A stretch of DNA of 63,878 nucleotides, filler included, from Octopus bimaculoides (GCF_001194135.2; 7 parts of 6 records of this genome joined end to end with filler, not necessarily neighbours in it), one strand, 5' to 3'. Positions 35,099 to 49,299 are shown, numbered from the whole stretch's first letter. Notes: generated by a model not told the origin, from the sequence alone. Numbers and translations: made by a program.

Positions 35099-37679
35099 AT
35101 CTCTGTTCTGCTTAGGAGGAAAGTAACCAGCAATAGAACAGGCCCCAAGCAACCGCTTGGGAGTCATAAAATAAAAGGTGAAAAAAAAAAAACGAAACAA
35201 AACAAAAAGACAAGCGATGACTTTATTAAAAGATGTGAAAGAATTGAGGTTATGTTTATTATAGAAACCAGCAGAAGGAAGAGAGTTATATAAAACGGAA
35301 ATACGAGGCAAGACACCATGTCTTACAGCGTCTTAGAAGTGGAGAGGGGGACAATAACAGTCAGATTTTCCGGCTCTCTGCACTCGTGGTTCAAATCGCA
35401 CCGAGGGTAGTTCTGTATTTTATCGTTTCTAGGTGAATAAATAGAGTAATAGTGCTGTACTTGGGTCGATCCCTGTGTGTCATTTGTTAACTTTTTCTGT
35501 CGGAAGAAATTGGTCGCGGCTAAACATGAAGGGGAACGGGCTTCACTAAATCTAAAAATGTCCCAAGACACACCGTATGTAACAGTGGCGTCCCTGGGAG
35601 TCAAGGAGCTGAAGACCCAACACAAGGAGGGGCAATGTAAGAATAACTGAGTACGTAACCTATACGTTTCCTTTCATCACCTATCAACCTCTCAAAGTAA
35701 TACATCCATCACTCTGTCATCAACCACGTCATTGAAATAATAAAAATTGTGAGAGAGAAAGAGAGAGAGAGAGCGAAAGAAACAAAGAAAGAAAGAGAGA
35801 GAAAGAGTGGGTGACGTCATCGATCACTGCGTCAATGGATTCCACTGATGTCACCACCACTTGTTCAACATTATTTCCTTTCATTGTAGGTAGATTGTCA
35901 CTGGTGGGTTAATGTGACAAATGATACCTTATCTTGCATGTGTGTCTGCGTGCGTGCAGAGACACACATGCTGAAGCATGAATGCATCCTACCAAACTGC
36001 TTTAAAGCGTGGCATCATATCTTCCTTTAACTTAGCTTTCCTAAAGAATCAGTTCAACCTGATAACATTGTTGTTGTTTCCAGATTGCAAGGCGTCGAGT
36101 CATTTATAACATGTTTATACAAAAGAGAGCAAACAATTGATAAATTTAGCAGAAAACCGAGAGAATCTGTAGAGTGAAATTTTATAGTGATTCCGCCAAG
36201 ACAAGGACAAATCTAGGAAATCCATACATGTGTATATTTGTCTATATATTCATGTCTTATATATGTATGTCTAAATATATATATATATATAACTATGTAC
36301 ATATATCTGTGTATTTTGGTGTATATATGTATATTATAGATGGTCTAGTATGCCTATATACTGCTGAAAAAAATGTTTATGTAATACAGCGTGAAAATTT
36401 TTAATTTTACTTTTAATGTATTAATTGACTTATATTTCATATATGATTATTTAACATACGTATTTGGAATCTGTCTTTCGATTTAAGATTTTCTTCGATT
36501 TTACAATAGGATGAATTTATATTGAATTTATTTTGTTCACTGCATGCTTAAGACCGTTAGTTGAAAGGACCAATGAAACAAAACCATTTTCGAAGGTGTA
36601 TCCTTTAAGTTTAAAAAAATTTTTTTTATTATATCGTCATTTCTGTTCCATTCAAACAAAACTGTACGACAAACAGGTACCTGAAACACCGAGTAACAGT
36701 TTTTGTGATATATATATATATGTATATATATGTATATGTATGTATATATATAGCCGAAATTGCGAAGATAATCTGAAACTCGACTGAGGAAAGAAAACTC
36801 CGAATGACCCGTCCTTGTTTTCTTTGTATCGTCTATCTGGATGTTTTGTCCCATTTTTGTATCACCTAACTGTCTGNNNNNNNNNNNNNNNNNNNNNNNN
36901 NNNNNNNNNNNNNNNNNNNNNNNNNNNNNNNNNNNNNNNNNNNNNNNNNNNNNNNNNNNNNNNNNNNNNNNNNNNNNNNNNNNNNNNNNNNNNNNNNNNN
37001 NNNNNNNNNNNNNNNNNNNNNNNNNNNNNNNNNNNNNNNNNNNNNNNNNNNNNNNNNNNNNNNNNNNNNNNNNNNNNNNNNNNNNNNNNNNNNNNNNNNN
37101 NNNNNNNNNNNNNNNNNNNNNNNNNNNNNNNNNNNNNNNNNNNNNNNNNNNNNNNNNNNNNNNNNNNNNNNNNNNNNNNNNNNNNNNNNNNNNNNNNNNN
37201 NNNNNNNNNNNNNNNNNNNNNNNNNNNNNNNNNNNNNNNNNNNNNNNNNNNNNNNNNNNNNNNNNNNNNNNNNNNNNNNNNNNNNNNNNNNNNNNNNNNN
37301 NNNNNNNNNNNNNNNNNNNNNNNNNNNNNNNNNNNNNNNNNNNNNNNNNNNNNNNNNNNNNNNNNNNNNNNNNNNNNNNNNNNNNNNNNNNNNNNNNNNN
37401 NNNNNNNNNNNNNNNNNNNNNNNNNNNNNNNNNNNNNNNNNNNNNNNNNNNNNNNNNNNNNNNNNNNNNNNNNNNNNNNNNNNNNNNNNNNNNNNNNNNN
37501 NNNNNNNNNNNNNNNNNNNNNNNNNNNNNNNNNNNNNNNNNNNNNNNNNNNNNNNNNNNNNNNNNNNNNNNNNNNNNNNNNNNNNNNNNNNNNNNNNNNN
37601 NNNNNNNNNNNNNNNNNNNNNNNNNNNNNNNNNNNNNNNNNNNNNNNNNNNNNNNNNNNNNNNNNNNNNNNNNNNNNNN

Positions 37680-37724
<45 letters not shown>

Positions 37725-38272
37725 CACATATGTGTGTGTGTGTGTGCGAATGAACATATACAAACACACACACATACTCATATACATACTATGTAAAACC
37801 GTATGCACTTCGGGTTTGTTCGCCAATACCGTAAGTAAGCACGCGCCTCCATTGTTCTCGGGCTTCTCCGCTACACCTCCTTACTGCACGAGCATCTGAT
37901 TCAAAGTGCATCCATATTTGTTGTTCAGTCGTAGATTGAGCATCAACGAAAATGCGTATATACGGGTATGCGTGCATATGTACCCATTATACACAAGCAC
38001 ACAGACACACAGACACAGATGGACGCACGCACACACACACGCGTGTGTGTGTGTGTGTGTGCGTGCAGGCGTATGTGACTGGGTGCTTTGTGCATGCCTA
38101 TCTAAAAATATTATGCATAATATATTATAGACATATATACATACATATACATTGCAACACGTATGTACATACCTATATGTATTTTTGTATATATATACAT
38201 GTATGCGTCCATGTATATATAATATCTGGAATATACGTATACATATATATATTGTATGTATATGTATGTATA

Positions 38273-38331
<59 letters not shown>

Positions 38332-38431
38332 NNNNNNNNNNNNNNNNNNNNNNNNNNNNNNNNNNNNNNNNNNNNTTAATTAATTAANNNNNNNNNNNNN
38401 NNNNNNNNNNNNNNNNNNNNNNNNNNNNNNN

Positions 38432-39067
38432 GTCTTATTAGAAATATAGCATCAGTGGTGCTTTTCTCTAGAATGAACCCAAACTGCATCTCATCTAAGC
38501 TGACTCCCTCCCTAATTAGTTGGGCTATGACCCTCTCCGTGACCTTCATTACCTGATCCAACAATTTGATATCTCTGTAATTGTTTGTGTCTAAAGCATC
38601 ACCTTTACTTTTGTAGCAGTTGACTATGGTGCTGCTACACCAGTCATTGGGTATGACTCCTTCGTGTTTCACCTGGTTAACTATATGGGTGACTAGGCTA
38701 TAGCCGACACTGCCAGATATTTTGAGCATCTCTCCAGTGATTCCTGATGGGCCGGGGGCTTACCCTGTCTTCATACTCTTGATTGCTTTATCTACCAAGG
38801 TACTGTCAATTAGGATAGCTGGTCCCTCTGTTGGGTCGACATTCGGCAGACTCTCTTTCTCCCATTCATTCTCTTTATTGAGCAACCTTTCCTAGTGGCG
38901 TCTCTAAACCTCTCTCTTTGCAGCCTTGTTTAGTGCAAGTGAGCCATCATCCATGCAGACACATTTCTCTCCTACGACATCACGATTCTCTCTCACACAC
39001 TGTCTTGCAACACGAAATACCTCAAGTCTTTGGTCCTCATGGCGCAGAACATTGGCAAATTTTGTCT
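38432..39067 (-). mobile_element. RTE-clade LINE ORF2 fragment (N-terminal part of RT), decayed
   Basis: ...VDKAIKSMKTG*APGPSGITGEMLK...IPNDWCSSTIVNCYKSKGDALDTNNYRDIKLLDQVMKVTERVI...EMQFGFILEKSTTDAIFLIR; in-frame stops; both ends at gaps. Confidence 0.92.
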
Positions 39068-39369
39068 NNNNNNNNNNNNNNNNNNNNNNNNNNNNNNNNN
39101 NNNNNNNNNNNNNNNNNNNNNNNNNNNNNNNNNNNNNNNNNNNNNNNNNNNNNNNNNNNNNNNNNNNNNNNNNNNNNNNNNNNNNNNNNNNNNNNNNNNN
39201 NNNNNNNNNNNNNNNNNNNNNNNNNNNNNNNNNNNNNNNNNNNNNNNNNNNNNNNNNNNNNNNNNNNNNNNNNNNNNNNNNNNNNNNNNNNNNNNNNNNN
39301 NNNNNNNNNNNNNNNNNNNNNNNNNNNNNNNNNNNNNNNNNNNNNNNNNNNNATATATATATATATATA

Positions 39370-39725
39370 GGTGTGGCTATATGGCAAGAAGTGCTTTCCA
39401 GCCATACAGTTCTGGGTTCAATGCCACTTCATGGCACCTTGGGCAAGTGCCTTCTTTAGCCATAGGCTAACCAAAGCCTTGTGAATGGATTTGGTAAATG
39501 GAAACTGAAAGAAGCCTGTCATATACATACAAACATATATATGTGTGTGTGTGTGTTTGTATCTGTGTTTGCTCAGTGTAATTACATACCCATAACTTAG
39601 TAGTTTGGTAAAAGAATACCTGTTTAAAAAAATACTGGGGTTGATTCTTTTGGCTAAATTTCTTCTAGGTGGTACCCCAGCATGGCCACAGCCTAATGAC
39701 TAAAACAAGTAAAAAATAAAAGGTA
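39370..39725 (+). mobile_element. SINE family B, older full-length copy
   Basis: Head, GCACCTTGGGCAAGTGCCTTC CORE-like segment, (TG)n spacer and 3' GGTACCCCAGCATGGCCACAG. Confidence 0.8.
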
Positions 39726-39741
39726 GAAAGGTATATAAAGT

Positions 39742-40045
39742 GAAGGTACATGGCCTAGTGGTTAGAGTGTTGTACTCACGATCATAAGGTCATGGTTTCC
39801 ATTCCAAGGCAGTGTGCTGTGTTGTGTTCTTGAGCAAAACACTTCATTCCATGATGCTCTGTGATCATTTAAACATCTGATGTGTAGCACACACATATGC
39901 ACCAGTATAAGCAATGTTAGTTTGATGGAAGTGGTGAGCTTATGTGATCACAAACATTGGATCACTATAAATAAATCATCTGTGTGGCTGTACAGCAAGA
40001 AATTGTGAGACCCTTGTTCATTGTCTAATAATGGGAAAGTTCACA
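39742..40045 (+). mobile_element. tRNA-derived SINE, family D (V/CORE-like central motif)
   Basis: Head GGTACATGGCCTAGTGGTTAGAGTGTTG...GGTTTCCATTCC, then GTTGTGTTCTTGAGCAAAACACTT; the head resembles the one at 63130-63266. Confidence 0.6.
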
Positions 40046-40054
40046 ATATATAAT

Positions 40055-40930
40055 CGTTGCTATTTAATGTCCTCCTTCCATGCTGGCATGGGTTGGACAG
40101 TTTGACAGGAGCTGGCAATCAGAAGACTGCACAAAGCTCTGCTGTCTGCTTTGGTATGGTTTTTATAGCTGGATGCCCTTCCTTATGCTATTTTACAGAG
40201 TATACTGTGTGCTTTTTATGTGGCACCAGAAACAGTGAAGTCACCAAGTAATGGGAGAGTAATATTGAGAGAAGTGGTTTTGTGTCAGGTGATGTACAGA
40301 GGAACGGATATAGGTGTTTTGCAGTAGAGGAGATACATGGCGGCCTCAGTTGGAGAGAAAAAGAGAGATGTGATGGGTGGGTACGGGGAGGTGCGTATAA
40401 GTGAAGTGGATTGGTAAGTCTGTGAGATTATGAAAAGAGAGTGGGAGACAAATGGGAGTGGAGGGAATGTATTGAATGGACAGAAATAGAGGGCAAAAAT
40501 GTTAGGAGGATATGTTGTGGAGAAGAGATTTGACAAGGATACATTGTATGTAGATAGGTTAAGGGTGTGAAAAGAGAAAAATACAGCAAAAGATGAATCC
40601 AGGATGGGGACGGGGAACTGTTGGGAAGATGGCTTGTAGGGCAGAGGTTTTTCAGGGACTGATTGTGTGCAGGGGCCTGAAAACAAGGGACATGCCTTTA
40701 TGTTCTCAATTTTGCTCAGTCTTTTCAAGTACAGCAAATTGTCAATTGTCTTGGTCCTTTGTTATCTCCTCTGTGAGATTCAACATCTGAAGATCACCAC
40801 TTTGTTTCATGTCTTCCTCTTCCACAGGTTCTCTCCACATTTAGAGATCAGTACTTCCTTATGTGACTGTCTTCATCTATATGCATCAAATGATCATATC
40901 AACAAAGTCTTCTCTATTGCACACTAAATC
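40055..40930 (-). mobile_element. RTE LINE 3' end: ORF2 C-terminus, long pyrimidine-rich segment, conserved tail
   Basis: Minus 40930-40715 reads like the RTE C-terminus (decayed RW.GH, then ERTCGRGR, then VLEKT). The tail GAAGGGCATCCAGCT...CAACCCATGCCAGCATGGAAG matches 41640-41929. Confidence 0.7.
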
Positions 40931-41059
40931 TGATATATATCCATAATTATATATGTACTAGCTGGACCCGTGAAAAATTCACAGAAAATACAACAAATGT
41001 AAGCATCTGTAAATTGTGCGCTGGTGCCATGAGAAATGTTTCTATATTGTGACAGTTAA

Positions 41060-41275
41060 AAGCAGCAAGCTGGCAGAATCATTAGCATGCTGGGCGAAAT
41101 GCTTAGTATTTCGTCTGTCTTTATGTTCCGAGTTCAAATTCTGCTGAGGTCGACTTTGCCTTTAATCCTTTCAGGGTCGATAAATTAAGTACCAGTTGTA
41201 TACTGGGGTCCGTCTTATCGACTTGCCTCCTCCCCATAAAAATTTCAGGACTTGTGCCTATAGTAGAAAAGTATA
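41060..41275 (+). mobile_element. SINE family C copy
   Basis: GCAAGCTGGCAGAATCATTAGCATGCTGGGCGAAATGCTTAG...GAGGTCGACTTTGCCTTTAATCCTTTCAGGGTCGATAAATTAAGTACCAG. Confidence 0.88.
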
Positions 41276-41399
41276 TTGCGACAGTTACAGAATATAGAAA
41301 GAAGTGTAAAACTGATAACTATATAATCCAACCAAAATATCTCAGTTACACAAACGTAAGCAGAATTAACCCTTTTGGTTTAGTGGTATGGAATGTTTT

Positions 41400-41610
41400 T
41401 CTTGTATTCTTTTACTTGTTTCAGTCTTGTGACGGTGGCCATGCTGGAGCACCACCCTTTAGCCGAAGAAATTGACCCCTAGAGTTATTCCCTGTAAGCC
41501 TGGTGTTTAACCTATCAGTCCTTTCTGCTGAACAGCTAACAGTTACAGGGACGCAAACACACCAACATCGATTGTCAAGCAATGGTGGTGGTGGGAGGTC
41601 AAACACAGAC
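41400..41610 (-). mobile_element. SINE family B 3' half
   Basis: TTTTACTTGTTTCAGTCTTGTGACGGTGGCCATGCTGGAGCACC. Confidence 0.8.
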
Positions 41611-41639
41611 ACAGACACAGACACACACACACATATATA

Positions 41640-41929
41640 TATCATCATCATCATCATCATCGTTTAACGTCCGCTTTCCATGCTAGCATGGGTTGGACGA
41701 TTTGACTGAAGACTGGTGAAACCGGATGGCAACACCAGGCTCCAATCTAATTTGGCAGAGTTTCTACAGCTGGATGCCCTTCCTAACGCCAACCACTCAG
41801 AGAGTGTAATGGGTGCTTTTACGTGTCACCCGCACGAAAACGGCCACGCTCGAAATGGTGTCTTTTATGTGCCACCCGCACAAGAGCCAGTCCAGGGGCA
41901 CTGGCAACGATCTTACTTGGCTTGCCGGG
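41640..41929 (-). mobile_element. RTE LINE 3' UTR with (GAT)n tail
   Basis: Reverse complement ends AACCCATGCTAGCATGGAAAGCGGACGTTAAACGATGATGATG; the same tail occurs on + at 43813-43863. Confidence 0.8.
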
Positions 41930-42029
41930 NNNNNNNNNNNNNNNNNNNNNNNNNNNNNNNNNNNNNNNNNNNNTTAATTAATTAANNNNNNNNNNNNNNN
42001 NNNNNNNNNNNNNNNNNNNNNNNNNNNNN

Positions 42030-42082
<53 letters not shown>

Positions 42083-42881
42083 GACAGACATAGGTAGATA
42101 GGTAGATAGATAGACAGATAGACAGACAGATAGATAAAGGGCATGGATATATCTATGTTCACATGGGCATGAACATATATAAATATATATATGCATTACA
42201 TATGTATATAGACATGTGCTTGTACATATATGCATGTACATATATACAAAGACATATATACAGAAATATATCTATACATGTGCATTTATGAATATTTTAT
42301 AAGTACATGCATATATATATGCATGTACACATACATAATACACATACATACATACATACATACATACATAGGTATATACACACCTATGCATAGTGAAAAT
42401 ATTAATATAAGAGCCCATTTAACATGTATATATGTATATATATATATATATGTATATATANNNNNNNNNNATATATATATATATATATATTATATATATT
42501 TAAATATATAAATACATATATAAAATATATGGTACATGAATTGATGAGTATACTTATCAAAGATATATATACATATATATGTATATATACAGACAAACAC
42601 TCATATATACATCTACATGTATGGATGTTTATATATATATATATATATCTACATACATATATACACACACACACACACACACTGCATAGGTGTAAAACAA
42701 GTTGGAAAATATTCTATTTGAATTTCAAACTTAGAATAAAATACTACTTTATGGAAGCCGAAAAAACTTCACAGATAGTTTTGCAGTTTTTTTCGCTTCA
42801 CTGACTTACTTTACACAGAAGCACACACACATATATATACATTTATTTATTTATCTATGTGTTTCAGCCAAGTGGCTGCGG

Positions 42882-42930
<49 letters not shown>

Positions 42931-43863
42931 NNNNNNNNNNNNNNNNNNNNNNNNNNNNNNNNNNNNNNNNNNNNNNNNNNNNNNNNNNNNNNNNNNNNNN
43001 NNNNNNNNNNNNNNNNNNNNNNNNNNNNNNNNNNNNNNNNNNNNNNNNNNNNNNNNNNNNNNNNNNNNNNNNNNNNNNNNNNNNNNNNNNNNNNNNNNNN
43101 NNNNNNNNNNNNNNNNNNNNNNNNNNNNNNNNNNNNNNNNNNNNNNNNNNNNNNNNNNNNNNNNNNNNNNNNNNNNNNNNNNNNNNNNNNNNNNNNNNNN
43201 NNNNNNNNNNNNNNNNNNNNNNNNNNNNNNNNNNNNNNNNNNNNNNNNNNNNNNNNNNNNNNNNNNNNNNNNNNNNNNNNNNNNNNNNNNNNNNNNNNNN
43301 NNNNNNNNNNNNNNNNNNNNNNNNNNNNNNNNNNNNNNNNNNNNNNNNNNNNNNNNNNNNNNNNNNNNNNNNNNNNNNNNNNNNNNNNNNNNNNNNNNNN
43401 NNNNNNNNNNNNNNNNNNNNNNNNNNNNNNNNNNNNNNNNNNNNNNNNNNNNNNNNNNNNNNNNNNNNNNNNNNNNNNNNNNNNNNNNNNNNNNNNNNNN
43501 NNNNNNNNNNNNNNNNNNNNNNNNNNNNNNNNNNNNNNNNNNNNNNNNNNNNNNNNNNNNNNNNNNNNNNNNNNNNNNNNNNNNNNNNNNNNNNNNNNNN
43601 NNNNNNNNNNNNNNNNNNNNNNNNNNNNNNNNNNNNNNNNNNNNNNNNNNNNNNNNNNNNNNNNNNNNNNNNNNNNNNNNNNNNNNNNNNNNNNNNNNNN
43701 NNNNNNNNNNNNNNNNNNNNNNNNNNNNNNNNNNNNNNNNNNNNNNNNNNNNNNNNNNNNNNNNNNNNNNNNNNNNNNNNNNNNNNNNNNNNNNNNNNNN
43801 NNNNNNNNNNNNAACCCATGCCAGCATGGAAAGCGGACGTTAACCGACGACGACAATGATGAT

Positions 43864-43931
43864 CACATATATATATGTGAGTATATATATAAATATATAT
43901 ATATATATAAATGAATGTGTGTGTATATCTG

Positions 43932-43968
<37 letters not shown>

Positions 43969-44003
43969 AAAGGAATGTATGTGTGTGTATATCTATGTAT
44001 GTG

Positions 44004-44050
<47 letters not shown>

Positions 44051-44421
44051 CATACATTCATAATGCATTCATATTTGCATACATATGTACATAAAAATGT
44101 ATGCCGAAAGTAAAGAATACGTACACCCAGTGGTTAGGGTTTAGGGTTGGATTTTTGTTACGCCGAAAACGGTATAGATATATATATATATATAAGTATA
44201 CATATCTATACATGCACATTTTTATATATGTATTTATATTTATACATATATATAGGTCTATACATGTATGCGTATATATGCATTTAATGTATAAATATAT
44301 ATACACGTACATGTGTGGATATACACATATATGCATCCACATGCATATTTATATGCCAATATGTATATATGCATTGCATATATACTTCTCTGTGCCTTTA
44401 TATACACACCTATATGTATGT

Positions 44422-44508
<87 letters not shown>

Positions 44509-44758
44509 ATTGCATATATATTCATACCTATTCTACCTGACTGTATTTCTCAAATATGTATATATACGCAAATATATATAAGTGCTTGTACAAACATATA
44601 TACATACATACATACATGTGTGTGTGTAAGTGTATATTCACACATAATTACACACTACATACCTACGTACAAACATACAGACATACATGGACAAATGCAC
44701 ATGTACACCTAGCTGCACGTATATGTGCATATAAGCGCATATATATATATATATACAT

Positions 44759-44789
<31 letters not shown>

Positions 44790-45115
44790 GTGTGTATACT
44801 GTATATTAACACACATACACTTATACACACACTCACATTCTACGTGTATAACAGTATAATCAAACATATACACACACACATACATACAAAATTACACACA
44901 CTGCAATTTTGAAGGAGTGACAGACAGAAAGATATCGTGGCAGAGAGAGAAAGAAAGATGGACAGACATCAGACAGACAGGATATAATTACTACAGATCC
45001 AATAAGAGGATCGCATGCATATTTATGTGTGTGTGTGATTGCATGTATGTGTTTAATCAAACGAGTGTCTATGCGCGCCCATACATACACGTTTCTGTAT
45101 ACATACATACACACT

Positions 45116-45154
<39 letters not shown>

Positions 45155-45460
45155 GTGTGTATATAAATATGTGTGTATGTATGTATGTGCTCGTGTGTAA
45201 CTCACTTTACTTTTGCTACATATTTATGTATATATATTTATATGTATATATGCGAACATGTAATGTATATTTATATATGTTCCTATAAAACATACTTTCA
45301 CATGTATAAAGTGACACACATATATAAAAAAAACTCGACTTACATAGACACACGTATATAAATACACACACAAACACATATAACATATGATATATATATA
45401 TTTAAGTACATGAATGTGTGTTTGTGTGCCTCTGTTTATTGTGTAGATATATATATGATA
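43864..45460. repeat. Extended low-complexity (TA/CA/TG) dinucleotide region
   Basis: Direct reading; similar tracts at 42030-42680 and 48720-48900. Confidence 0.9.
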
Positions 45461-45606
45461 GGATATTCCCCACGAAGCTTTCTTTAAGTTAGGGTAACAA
45501 GTGGTTATTACAAAAAATAAAAATAAAATTACATGACACGAAAAGAAAAGATTACATTATAAGAAATAAACAAGGTGTTACGAAAGAAATGATCCCGAAA
45601 GCTCAC

Positions 45607-46030
45607 CTTTTCTATTAAAGAGTCCTGATCCGATCGGGTGTTGCCTGTCTGTAAAGAAGTGAAGGAGGAAGGAGTAATAGAAGCCGGGTGCGAAGGGGAG
45701 GAGGAGAAGGAATAACAACAACAGCAGCAGCAGCAGCGGGTATATTTCGTTAAGAACCAGTCATTGCCCTCATGCAATCGTGTGTGGCTGGCTGGCTGGC
45801 TGGCTCCTTTTCTGTCTATCTTCCTTTTCTTTCGCTTTTACGCTCACTCTATCCGACTGTCTGTGAGTCTTACTTCCTTTTCTACCTCGCACGCTCTCTT
45901 TATGGAGCTTGGTGAAGGCAGCAGCTTTTAGAAAGCCGGGGTTGTAGAAAAAAAAAAGGCCTTCTCGCAGGCCTAGGTTGGAGGAGACTGCAGGGGAGAC
46001 AACTAGCTTCTCTTGCAACCAATGAGCACA
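45607..46030 (-). promoter_or_regulatory. Candidate promoter plus first exon (or 42-nt internal exon) of a minus-strand gene
   Basis: Unique, CpG-richer island. Minus-strand donor AAG|GTGAGC at 45607/45606; pyrimidine tract and TTACAG acceptor at 45649; TATA-like CATAAA at 45899-45904; CCAAT at 46019-46023. No transcript evidence. Confidence 0.3.
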
Positions 46031-47235
46031 CGCGATGTCGTTTATGAGACCTTACAGGGCACCTGGTCTTTTTTGGTCTACTATAGCTACTACTCCGGTG
46101 TCGCCGTCGAGCCCACCATCGCCACCCCTACCATCATCATCATCATCATTTGTGTAATAGTCGGTATCATCATAATTATTAATAACAGAATATTGCTGAT
46201 CCAGAAACATGTGGCACCGTCACCACCACCGCCACCATCATCGTCATCATCATCATCATCATCATCATCGCCGCCGCCAGCATGATTACCCTCACCGTCA
46301 CCACTACCACCACCACCACCACCACCTCATAGCTAACTTACTATAATAGTTAGTACTAGTGCTGCCTTGTCACTACTGCAACTCATAATAACATCCATCG
46401 TCATCGGTAAGGTGGTCGCTGCCGACACACATCCCTTCCACCTCCCTTTGCTGATATTTCTGCTGCTCTTAGAACTGCTACTAAAACCTTAACTGCTACT
46501 AGTGCTCTTAGACAAGGTGTCGGCGCGTAGTGGTTGATTTGTCGGTGTCGGAGGTAGTGTTGGTGGCACTGGTAGATGGTGCTATCGCTGCTGATGACGA
46601 TTATGATATTACGATGGTACTCGTGCTGTTTTGCTAAGTGCAAGGGTTTCCTTCTACCACTGCTGTAACAATCCAGCTTACTTTACTACGTTTACAACCG
46701 GTGGTTTATTTAGCACGAACAATCAGTCATTGCTGGCAGCACTAGTGTATAAGAATGCAATATCACCAGTTGATGATGATGGGGAGAAGAAGGCGACAGC
46801 AGCAGTGGTGATGAGGAAAGGGAACGAATAATAAGGGGAAAGAGAGGGCACAGTTACTGAAGTTTAAGGTAACTTGGTGAAGTGAATGAGATTGATGATT
46901 ATTATTAAAGAGAGTGTTTGATGTTAGAGAAAATGAGAGAGAGAGAGCGAGAAAAAGAGAATAGATGTGTTTTTTTTCTGTTTGTTAGTTCTTTTTCGCG
47001 ATACTTTTCATTCTCTTCTTCCGAACTTTGCGAGAATTTGNNNNNNNNNNGAGAATAGATGTGTTTTTTTTCTGTTTGTTAGTTCTTTTTCGCGATACTT
47101 TTCATTCTCTTCTTCCGAACTTTGCGAGAATTTGCGAATAAAAGTTTTATGTAAACATACATTGACATACGCACAAACCCGGACATACGCATACATATAT
47201 ACTCGCAAATATATTTTATTATTTATCTGTATTAC

Positions 47236-47271
<36 letters not shown>

Positions 47272-47578
47272 CACATATATACATGTGTGTAGGTGGGTGT
47301 TTACATACGTCCATGTCTGCCAATATCTATCTTTCTTTCCAGTGTGTGTGTGTTTGTGTTTGTGTTGGAGGCGTGAGTGTGTGTACAGATACACACACAC
47401 ACACACGTAATGTCGCGTCGCCGAAGACTGAGTCATTACATTCATTTATGGTAATAACATCTGTTAATTATTCTTGAAGCTCTCCCCGTAACTGGTTCAT
47501 ACCTCTCGGCGTACTAACAGGCAATTTTCCATTTGGAAGAAGACATTGCAAGTGAGAGGTGCCAACAACCTCAACTCG

Positions 47579-47609
<31 letters not shown>

Positions 47610-48744
47610 CGTGTGTACTGCTTTACTTGATGAAGTGGAAGAAACAATAGGTTGTCGTGCTGCTGGGCTTTCCAAAGGTTTTAGTTTCGCCGCTGTAGGA
47701 TCGAATCCGAGCGAATCAACTCGGACTTCAAACCAGACATGTAGGCGAATGAAGTCCCAGACGTTTCCCACAATCGATTCTTATTACCATTTACTTTGGT
47801 AAACATGTCTTTGAATAGCAAAAATATGTATTATTTTAATGTTATTTGTTATAAATTCATGAAGTGTTATTCTTTAGGTTCCTGAACCTTTTTACACGCA
47901 ACAGGCGGTCATAATATTTATTGATTTTTAGAAGGTTCATCACATACACACACACACACACACACAGACATACACACACATGTATGTACGTACGCCAAAA
48001 GGCAAAGACATTAGGCAATTGTCCGCAGTCAAGGTGCCCAATTCCGATGTAAGGGTGTTGTGATTTCCTTTCAAAAAAAGAAAGGGCATCGATTTACCCT
48101 GGGGCCTAGAATGTTGCCAAAAGACGGTCCTATATAGATATAGCTAAGTATATATACGCATATATATATNNNNNNNNNNNNNNNNNNNNNNNNNNNNNNN
48201 NNNNNNNNNNNNNTTAATTAATTAANNNNNNNNNNNNNNNNNNNNNNNNNNNNNNNNNNNNNNNNNNNNATAGATAGATATAGATATATATATTTACATA
48301 ATAACGAAGGAAGCAATATTAATATCTACATAAGTGTGGCATGAGTGTGTGTGTGCTTTCGCCACTCGTTGTATGAGCTCTGTTGTATGAGCTCTGTTGT
48401 CTGACTATGTATACACGAACCTAGAGAAATTCTATTAGCAACGGAAGGACATGTACATTGGAAACATGAAATAGAAATTATAGAGAATGAGAGCGAAAAC
48501 AATATTACATGAAAGAATGAAATAAGTTTAGTATGCATTGAGGTTGAATTGCACTTCAGTGAGCCTGATACGGCTTTCAACGTGGTGGCATGTTTACTTG
48601 CATCAGTTTATGACGATTTTATTCATTTGCTTTCACCGCAAAGTGACAGTCCAGGTCTTCAAATTTGAAAAGATAGCACACGTACGTACACATCCATATG
48701 CGCAGAAACATGCAGACATACACAAACACACACACACACACACC

Positions 48745-48784
<40 letters not shown>

Positions 48785-48785
48785 A

Positions 48786-48882
<97 letters not shown>

Positions 48883-49188
48883 AATATGTATATGTATGTA
48901 TAATATTCTACGCGCATATACACATATTACACACAGAGGCTGAAATAGACAGGCACACACATACGCATATAATATCACAGAGAGGCAGCAGGAGACAAAT
49001 GTAGATATTGCGTGTGTTTATAGGTATATATTAGTGCGTACATGCATACATCATGTAGAGGGACAGAGAGAATGGGGAAAAGGAGAGAGAGAGAAAATGA
49101 GAAATGAAATCTTTTATCGAGTAAGTCAAGTAGATAGATCTGTTGATAGACAACAGAGATATGCGGACAGGCATTTAGATAGATAGAT

Positions 49189-49189
<1 letters not shown>

Positions 49190-49245
<56 letters not shown>

Positions 49246-49254
49246 TATAGATAT

Positions 49255-49298
<44 letters not shown>
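49190..49298. repeat. (GATA)n microsatellite
   Basis: Direct reading. Confidence 0.95.

Positions 49299-49299
<1 letters not shown>

Noticed and set aside
36778-36815. CTGAGGA...CGAAT, hammerhead-like
   Set aside because: GAAA is broken and stem I does not pair; at best a very decayed relic.
46958-47134. ~83-bp exact direct repeat flanking a 10-N gap
   Set aside because: Typical unmerged contig overlap; identical copies directly adjoin the gap.
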